A stretch of DNA of 41,092 bases from a virus. Its lineage: Duplodnaviria; Caudoviricetes. Under the pieces are notes generated by a model. It saw nothing but the letters and a program-made list of their open reading frames with translations, did not search any database and had not been told where the DNA came from. Of this stretch, positions 35,622 to 41,092 are shown one piece after another (the first letter of the stretch is position 1; each line of letters begins with the position of its first letter). The position numbers and the translations under genes are program-made. Location: the IMG/VR virus record IMGVR_UViG_3300032250_000406, positions 1 through 41,092 of that record; one strand, written 5' to 3'.

Positions 35622-36148
35622 ACTGCAATACAGACCCACTACAAGTCAAAGTCCTAGGATCTTATTTGGGCGTGGATAAAGACTATGAGAATGGCACGCT
35701 TGTATCTGTTCGTGCGCTGATGAATCAAGCTTTACAGTTTTCTGTATTGCTTGAATCTGGTGCTTTGTATACAGGCATTCCAATCAATATGATCTGCTCT
35801 CCTGAAGATGATTGTCTGCTAGATCTGGCAGAAGCTCAAATGTATGACAACATAGGCGATAAGATCCAAGTAATTACTTTCGATTTACTGAGGTACATGA
35901 AGTGTACTGTGAAAACTGATTATGATAATGTAATCGAAGGCAAATACTTATTTACTATCGACTTTGTTGGAGGTGGGTTGTCCCGTCATCCTGTGCAGTG
36001 GAAACAATTTCATTGTGTTTCTACGTCCAAGGGTTGGATGGTCTACCCTCAATACAGACTAAAGTTTACAGACGAAGCACTTTGTCCTGATTTTAAAGAA
36101 ATTACTAAATATAAATTTAACGAAAAAATTCACTTGTCTGAATACTAG
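35618..36148 (+). CDS. Hypothetical phage protein
   Basis: 176 aa beta-rich; ATGA overlap with upstream gene. Confidence 0.85.
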   Translation: MNCNTDPLQVKVLGSYLGVDKDYENGTLVSVRALMNQALQFSVLLESGALYTGIPINMICSPEDDCLLDLAEAQMYDNIGDKIQVITFDLLRYMKCTVKTDYDNVIEGKYLFTIDFVGGGLSRHPVQWKQFHCVSTSKGWMVYPQYRLKFTDEALCPDFKEITKYKFNEKIHLSEY

Positions 36149-36156
36149 AGGATACA

Positions 36157-36579
36157 ATGAGATTTAAAAATAACATAATAGACTCCAAAGTTAACGAAGC
36201 GGTAAAGATTGCCAATAATCTTTTGAATACTGGATCTGCTTTAATCGAGCACATTAGTAAAAAAGATGACTTTCAGTATAATTCCGGGAACGGCATTCAG
36301 ATAGCCATAAATCTAATTAAGGTTAGAGAGCCGATAAATGTCTACATTTATAAACCATTCTACCCATTTTCTAAAGCCATTGGCTATTATGATGGAGAAG
36401 CTATCTGGATCAATGCTAGAAAAATGCAAGTTCTTGATATTTCTAATTTAGTTGGATTGTTGCTGCATGAATATGCCCACTATTGCGGCTATAAACATGG
36501 GAACAATTATAAAAGTAAAGAAAAATGTCTCTACAGTGTACCCTACTATTTGTCGGAAAATATAAAACTTTGGAATTAA
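36157..36579 (+). CDS. Zinc metalloprotease-like protein (HExxHxxGxxH)
   Basis: LLHEYAHYCGYKH; GAGGA RBS. Confidence 0.8.
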   Translation: MRFKNNIIDSKVNEAVKIANNLLNTGSALIEHISKKDDFQYNSGNGIQIAINLIKVREPINVYIYKPFYPFSKAIGYYDGEAIWINARKMQVLDISNLVGLLLHEYAHYCGYKHGNNYKSKEKCLYSVPYYLSENIKLWN

Positions 36580-36593
36580 GGCGGGTGAATACC

Positions 36594-36638
36594 ATGGCTA
36601 AAAAGAAAAAAGGTGGCAAAGGTAAAGGCTGTAAGTAA
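36594..36638 (+). CDS. 14-aa basic micropeptide MAKKKKGGKGKGCK
   Basis: Read manually; GGGTGA SD-like element upstream; strongly biased Lys/Gly composition. Confidence 0.5.
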   Translation: MAKKKKGGKGKGCK

Positions 36639-36646
36639 TTTTAAAC

Positions 36647-36724
36647 GCCAGATACGTGCAATGCTGGCAACATTAACCCGTGGTTTTTGTGTGTAATTCT
36701 CATTGCGTATCGTGGGAATTTTTT
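36647..36724 (+). ncRNA. Candidate three-hairpin RNA element with complementary loops, ending in terminator-like hairpin
   Basis: GCCAG/CTGGC, AACC/GGTT and AATTCTCA/TGGGAATT+TTTT; loop 1 (ATACG.., GCAA) is complementary to loop 3 (TTGCGTAT). Confidence 0.45.
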
Positions 36725-36733
36725 AAGGGAATT

Positions 36734-36949
36734 ATGAATCAATACATGATGAAACACTTAATACAAAATAGAACTTCTGATAGATTCAGAGGGTTTTCAT
36801 ATAGAAAAACTCTGGTAAATTCTAATAGGACTAGAGGATACTCTAAAGTCATTGCATGGGACATCTATTATCAAGATGTTAAATTGACGACACTTGATAC
36901 ACTCAAAGAAGTAAAATATTACATTGAATCTAAAACGAGAACATTATGA
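36734..36949 (+). CDS. Hypothetical protein (71 aa)
   Basis: ATG 36734 after AAGGGA; the longer GTG start in the track runs through the RNA structure. Confidence 0.65.
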   Translation: MNQYMMKHLIQNRTSDRFRGFSYRKTLVNSNRTRGYSKVIAWDIYYQDVKLTTLDTLKEVKYYIESKTRTL

Positions 36950-37281
36950 ACGATAAAGACAAAGAAGCGTTTGAAAAGTGGTTTCTAAGTTTAGATAACT
37001 CTTACCTTAATAGAGTAATAAAGCTTAATCGTGGTGCTAGTTATGAAGTATGGCAAGTCGCTTGTGAGTACATTAGAAACAAGTCTAACCCATTAGACGC
37101 TTTAAGTTTGTACGAAAAACTTGAAAGAGAAAGAGATGAAAACAAAAAGCTACGTGAGGCCTTAGAAAAAGCTTATGAGGACTTTACAAAGCAGGGATTT
37201 CATAAGCAAGCATCAAGAGTTTTATTAGCTTTAAACATTACCACAGGTATAGAAGCACTAAAAGAAGTGGAGGATAAATGA
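36946..37281 (+). CDS. Hypothetical coiled-coil protein
   Basis: EAFEKWF...WQ.ACEY and ENKKLREALE motifs; ATGA-coupled. Confidence 0.8.
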   Translation: MNDKDKEAFEKWFLSLDNSYLNRVIKLNRGASYEVWQVACEYIRNKSNPLDALSLYEKLERERDENKKLREALEKAYEDFTKQGFHKQASRVLLALNITTGIEALKEVEDK

Positions 37282-37787
37282 TTTTGATAATTAAGTTCGA
37301 AGATCTTCCACCCATGCCGAGAAATAGATCTCATATGCTCACAGTATCTAAAGGCAGACCGATGAATATCAAGACTCCATTGTGTCGTGAGTTCGAAAAG
37401 GATGTGAGTTCTAGGATGAATGAGTTCAAAGCTCAAGCTCTTAAGCTTAAGGAATCTTTTGACCCTAAGAAGAATTATATTTCTGCCGAGTATTATGTCT
37501 TTACACCAAAGGATCAATTGTTTACTTTGGAGTCAAAGATATCTTCCAAGGCAGTCGATCTTGATGCACACAAAACACTACAAGATACTATCTTTAAGTA
37601 TATTGGTTTGGACGATAAGTTAGTTAGAGAAGTTCGATATTTCAGTCCCGTCTCACACAACGGGAAATGGAATTTCGTGATTATTTATAAACTGGAGAAC
37701 ATATGCAATCTAATAAATACGTCTACCTCGATTCAGAGTTTAACGCCACTAATGAACGACGACTCAATGTCATCTGTTTTGCTTTAG
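37278..37787 (+). CDS. rusA: RusA-like Holliday junction resolvase
   Basis: P..P.N N-terminus, DLDAHK..QD.I...GLDDKLV catalytic pattern. Confidence 0.75.
   Translation: MILIIKFEDLPPMPRNRSHMLTVSKGRPMNIKTPLCREFEKDVSSRMNEFKAQALKLKESFDPKKNYISAEYYVFTPKDQLFTLESKISSKAVDLDAHKTLQDTIFKYIGLDDKLVREVRYFSPVSHNGKWNFVIIYKLENICNLINTSTSIQSLTPLMNDDSMSSVLL
37689..37699 (+). promoter_or_regulatory. AACTGGAGA extended RBS motif before DNA polymerase
   Basis: TAAACTGGAGAAC inside the rusA coding sequence; GGAG is 5 nt before ATG 37703. Confidence 0.7.
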
Positions 37788-39700
37788 TAACAAATGTAGA
37801 AAAACAGGTATTTTGGCTTAAAGATGAATCTGATTTAGAATTGTTTAAAAGCGTAATTACCGATTATTTGATACATAACTACACTTTTGTATCATTTAAT
37901 GTGGAATCAGAAGCTTCGGCTCTGTTGTCTCTTGGCATTGACCCTCTCAAAGCTAAGTGGATCGATCTTTATCTTGAGTACGTTATGCTCTCGAACCATA
38001 ACAATGATGTGTCTAAGGGCAATCAGTATGTACGTGGATCGGTAAAGCGTATTAATAGCTTCTCTGGCGATAAAGGGCCCAAGAATTTATCCGCAGCTCT
38101 CTACAAGCTTTGCAACATCAAGATCGACTCTGACCATAAGAACAAGATGAGAGATCTCATCATCTCAAATCCTCCGAGCTTCTCTGACGAAGAAAAGACA
38201 GCTATCATGGACTACTGCTTAAGCGATACAGTACACCTTCCTAGTTTACTTTCGGCAGTTAAGCAGAAATACAAGCAAACTCTCCCAAGCAATCATCTGA
38301 AAACATTAGGTAGTGAGGTGCATTGGAGAGCTGAGTACGCTATTCGTACCGCTATGATGGTTCGTCACGGATACCCTATAAATACGCAGTGGACTAAGAA
38401 TTTAACGGACAACATCCCTGTAGTTATGAGGGAATTAATCGAGGATATCAATGCACAATTCCCTGAGATCAATCCATTCAAGTTCAACAAATCAACAGCC
38501 AAGTATTCACTCGATACTAAAGCGGTCAGGTCATGGATCGAGACATCTGGAAACAAGGGATGGGAAAAGACTGAAACAGGACTCCTCTCCCTTGCCCTCG
38601 ATTCATTCAAAAAGTTCTATAACTATAGTCATGACTATCCTACTGGTAATTTTGGCGCACAAATGGTTCGATACTTCAACATGGCACAACAGCTCAAAGG
38701 GTTTACGGATCCTTCTGGTTCTAAGTCTAATACTTTTTGGGATTATGTTGGATCTGATGGAATGGTACGTCCTTACATGAATATCTATGGGGCACAAAGC
38801 TCCAGGTCTCAGCCAAGCTCAACGTCCTTCTTGTTTCTTAAGACTGGATGGATGCGGTCGTTATGTATAGCACCCAAGGGATACGCAGTGGGTGCAATCG
38901 ATTACAGCTCTCAGGAGTTCTTGCTTGGTGGACTAGAGGCAGATGACCAGAAGATGATCGATGCCTATGCTTCAGGGGATGTGTATCTTGCCTATGGTAA
39001 AGAGATTGGCGTTATACCTAAGGAAGGTACAAAAGCTTCTCATGGCAAGCAAAGAGATGCGCAGAAGCCAGTTATCCTTGGTTGGCAATATTGGTCTACA
39101 GGATTTGGTCTATCGATCACATTGAATGAGCAGCTAGGTAGACTAGAGTATACTCCAGACTCGGCTCAATTGTTATTGGATAAGCTCGACTCTGTTTATA
39201 GTAAGTTTGCTGAGTTCAGAAATCGTACAATCGAAGAATACAAAGTGAGGAAGTATGTTAGACTACGTGATGGTTTCTATATGCATGGGAACAATCCTAA
39301 TCCTCGATCTGTTGGTAATATGCCCGTCCAAGGTATGGGTGCGGCAATAATGCGAAAAGCAGTCCAACTTGCTCAAGACGCAGGATTGAATGTTATCTTT
39401 ACTCTGCATGATGCTCTATACATTATGTTTGATTCTAATGACTTAGGTACTATGGATACTCTGAGAAGATGCATGAAGGAAGCCTTTGTGTTTTACTATG
39501 AAGGAGAGCTTAAGGAAAAAGCTGCCATGATTAGAATGGATGGAAAAGCATGGAGTTTAGACTTCGAAGATGGCGAAATTTCTACGAAAGACAATTTTAA
39601 AATAGAAGTGCAGAAAATTTTCGTTGATAAACGATCTAAGAAACAATACGATAGTTTCAGCAAGTATTTCACAACCGAATTAAATCTAAATTTGCTATGA
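37703..39700 (+). CDS. polA: DNA polymerase family A with 3'-5' exonuclease domain
   Basis: ExoI LDSEF, ExoIII YCLSD; motif A IDYSSQE, motif B RDAQKPVILGWQY, NMPVQG, motif C LHDA. Confidence 0.95.
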   Translation: MQSNKYVYLDSEFNATNERRLNVICFALVTNVEKQVFWLKDESDLELFKSVITDYLIHNYTFVSFNVESEASALLSLGIDPLKAKWIDLYLEYVMLSNHNNDVSKGNQYVRGSVKRINSFSGDKGPKNLSAALYKLCNIKIDSDHKNKMRDLIISNPPSFSDEEKTAIMDYCLSDTVHLPSLLSAVKQKYKQTLPSNHLKTLGSEVHWRAEYAIRTAMMVRHGYPINTQWTKNLTDNIPVVMRELIEDINAQFPEINPFKFNKSTAKYSLDTKAVRSWIETSGNKGWEKTETGLLSLALDSFKKFYNYSHDYPTGNFGAQMVRYFNMAQQLKGFTDPSGSKSNTFWDYVGSDGMVRPYMNIYGAQSSRSQPSSTSFLFLKTGWMRSLCIAPKGYAVGAIDYSSQEFLLGGLEADDQKMIDAYASGDVYLAYGKEIGVIPKEGTKASHGKQRDAQKPVILGWQYWSTGFGLSITLNEQLGRLEYTPDSAQLLLDKLDSVYSKFAEFRNRTIEEYKVRKYVRLRDGFYMHGNNPNPRSVGNMPVQGMGAAIMRKAVQLAQDAGLNVIFTLHDALYIMFDSNDLGTMDTLRRCMKEAFVFYYEGELKEKAAMIRMDGKAWSLDFEDGEISTKDNFKIEVQKIFVDKRSKKQYDSFSKYFTTELNLNLL

Positions 39701-39756
39701 TGTAGGCCAGAACAAAGTAGCACCAATATTAATACTGGCAAAGAAAGGAAAAGTTT

Positions 39757-40149
39757 ATGTCTTACAATTTCAAAACAGTTATGGGTTCAACGTCTTATCG
39801 TCCTTGGAAAAATTGGGAAGAGTCTGATTACCTTGTTGGCAAGTATGTATCTCAAACTGAGGACAACTATGGTAAACCAAACTACAAAGTAGAAGTTATC
39901 GAAGCTGGTTTCTCTACTGGCGAAGCTCCTAAAGCTGGAACTATGTTTACTTTTAATTCTTCTGGATCTTTGAACAAAGCTATGGACGAAGTACAAGAAG
40001 GTGACATCATCAAAGTTATCTATAAAGGCGAAGATACAATCTCTAAAGGCAAGTATAAAGGCAAAGCGTTTCACTCTATGGAAGTTCTTGTAGCTCCAAA
40101 AGATAATACTAAAGCTGCTGTAACAACTACTGAAGAAGATCTTTTTTAA
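39757..40149 (+). CDS. Probable single-stranded DNA-binding (OB-fold) protein
   Basis: 130 aa beta-rich with aromatic/Lys residues and acidic tail EEDLF; located between polymerase and nuclease. Confidence 0.6.
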   Translation: MSYNFKTVMGSTSYRPWKNWEESDYLVGKYVSQTEDNYGKPNYKVEVIEAGFSTGEAPKAGTMFTFNSSGSLNKAMDEVQEGDIIKVIYKGEDTISKGKYKGKAFHSMEVLVAPKDNTKAAVTTTEEDLF

Positions 40150-40150
40150 T

Positions 40151-41023
40151 ATGACTACACCAAATTCTAATAATTCTAGTCAAGGTACGGGAGTAAAACT
40201 CTCGTACTCTTCCATGAAAACTCTACAATCATGTGAGCAAAAGTATTCTCACTATAAGATTTCTAATACGCCAAAAGATCCAGACTATGAAGAGTCGGAT
40301 GCACTTGGTCTAGGTAAAGCATTCCACTCTGTTCTTGAGCGTACTTTACATCAGGACTACAATGACATCTTGATTATGGAAGCTATGACTGAGCATAATG
40401 TAGATCCTTCTGAGAAAGAACTACTTACAGTTATGCTTAAGAAGTACGTGGAGTACAGAAAGAAGTCGGGCATCAAAATAGTGAAGTGCGAGCTTCCTAT
40501 TGCGACAGCTCACTACACTGGGTTCATTGACTACATCGCTATCCAAGGTAACAAGTGGTACATTGGCGATTTAAAAACAGCAGGAAGACATGATGAAAAT
40601 ATTTTATCTCAATTGCCTCTTGACCCTCAACTTAATCTGTATGCACATTTTGCTGAGGATCTATACATTGCCGTACCTTCCCTTGCAGATAAACAATTTG
40701 CTGGGTGTCTTTATACACAGACTATCAAATCAAAGGCTCAAACTAGCAATGGTCTGGATAAAGGTGTCAAAGTAATCGAGATGGTCGTTCCTGTTGAATC
40801 AATGAATCCGGCTCTTATCTGGTCATTGTTCAATGAGGTACATGATCGTGCATTGGAACTACATAAAGGCGAAGCACCTAAGAAGAATTTATCTTCTTGC
40901 TTCAGCTTCTTTAGTCCATGCCCTTATTTTTCTCAGTGCCATGGGAAAACCTTTACAGAAAACAGCAACAAAGTTAAAGTAAACACAATCGAAACATTTA
41001 ATGAACTGGAGAACCTATTATGA
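40151..41023 (+). CDS. PD-(D/E)XK exonuclease (Cas4/AddB-like, probable 4Fe-4S)
   Basis: LSYSS...C, G.AFH..LE, E, GFIDY, GDLKT, QL.LY, C-terminal C-x6-C-x5-C. Confidence 0.9.
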   Translation: MTTPNSNNSSQGTGVKLSYSSMKTLQSCEQKYSHYKISNTPKDPDYEESDALGLGKAFHSVLERTLHQDYNDILIMEAMTEHNVDPSEKELLTVMLKKYVEYRKKSGIKIVKCELPIATAHYTGFIDYIAIQGNKWYIGDLKTAGRHDENILSQLPLDPQLNLYAHFAEDLYIAVPSLADKQFAGCLYTQTIKSKAQTSNGLDKGVKVIEMVVPVESMNPALIWSLFNEVHDRALELHKGEAPKKNLSSCFSFFSPCPYFSQCHGKTFTENSNKVKVNTIETFNELENLL

Positions 41024-41092
41024 AAATTGAAACTATTACTGTTATGGAACGTAAAAATCTTGGCAATTATGAGCATATTGAAATCTCAGCTT
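40970..41092. repeat. Terminal direct repeat copy 2 (identical to 1-123)
   Basis: Exact match to the window start. Confidence 0.97.

Noticed and set aside
40970-41092. 123-bp terminal repeat as a biological DTR
   Set aside because: It falls across a coding junction in the middle of an operon, so it is most simply an assembler circularisation overlap.
1-41092. Alternative genetic code, tRNAs, integrase or introns
   Set aside because: Core genes are intact under the standard code with dense packing; no cloverleaf, recombinase motif or interrupted gene was seen by eye.

Overview
The window appears to be one complete, circularly assembled dsDNA phage genome of about 40,969 bp: bases 1-123 are repeated exactly at 40970-41092. 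The gene set is podovirus-like. It has two arms diverging from a non-coding control region at about 30100-30690. The rightward early/replication arm (30689 to the end, wrapping to 2355) encodes a GP88-like protein, a DUF5906/SF3-type NTPase, lipoproteins, a zinc metalloprotease, RusA, a family A DNA polymerase, an SSB-like protein, a PD-(D/E)XK nuclease and an SNF2 helicase. The leftward late arm (30089 to 2326) encodes TerS, an M15-like peptidase, TerL, portal, scaffold, major capsid, tail adaptor and nozzle, ejection proteins, fibres, lysis candidates and a metallophosphoesterase. I saw no integrase, repressor, tRNA, CRISPR or RNA polymerase. The strongest unexplained signal is a candidate ~79-nt antisense-strand small RNA (about 33260-33338) with its own sigma70-type promoter and intrinsic terminator. 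Its seed UCUCCAGUUU is complementary to an AACTGGAGA element covering the Shine-Dalgarno sites of five early/replication genes, including the NTPase and DNA polymerase, which suggests a phage-encoded multi-target translational regulon. Other notable signals are two switch-like structured RNA elements, a tail-module protein with a Sec signal peptide and 16 locally paired Cys, a leaderless terS promoter, and short motifs shared among protein termini. All product calls come from motif reading and synteny, not database searches.
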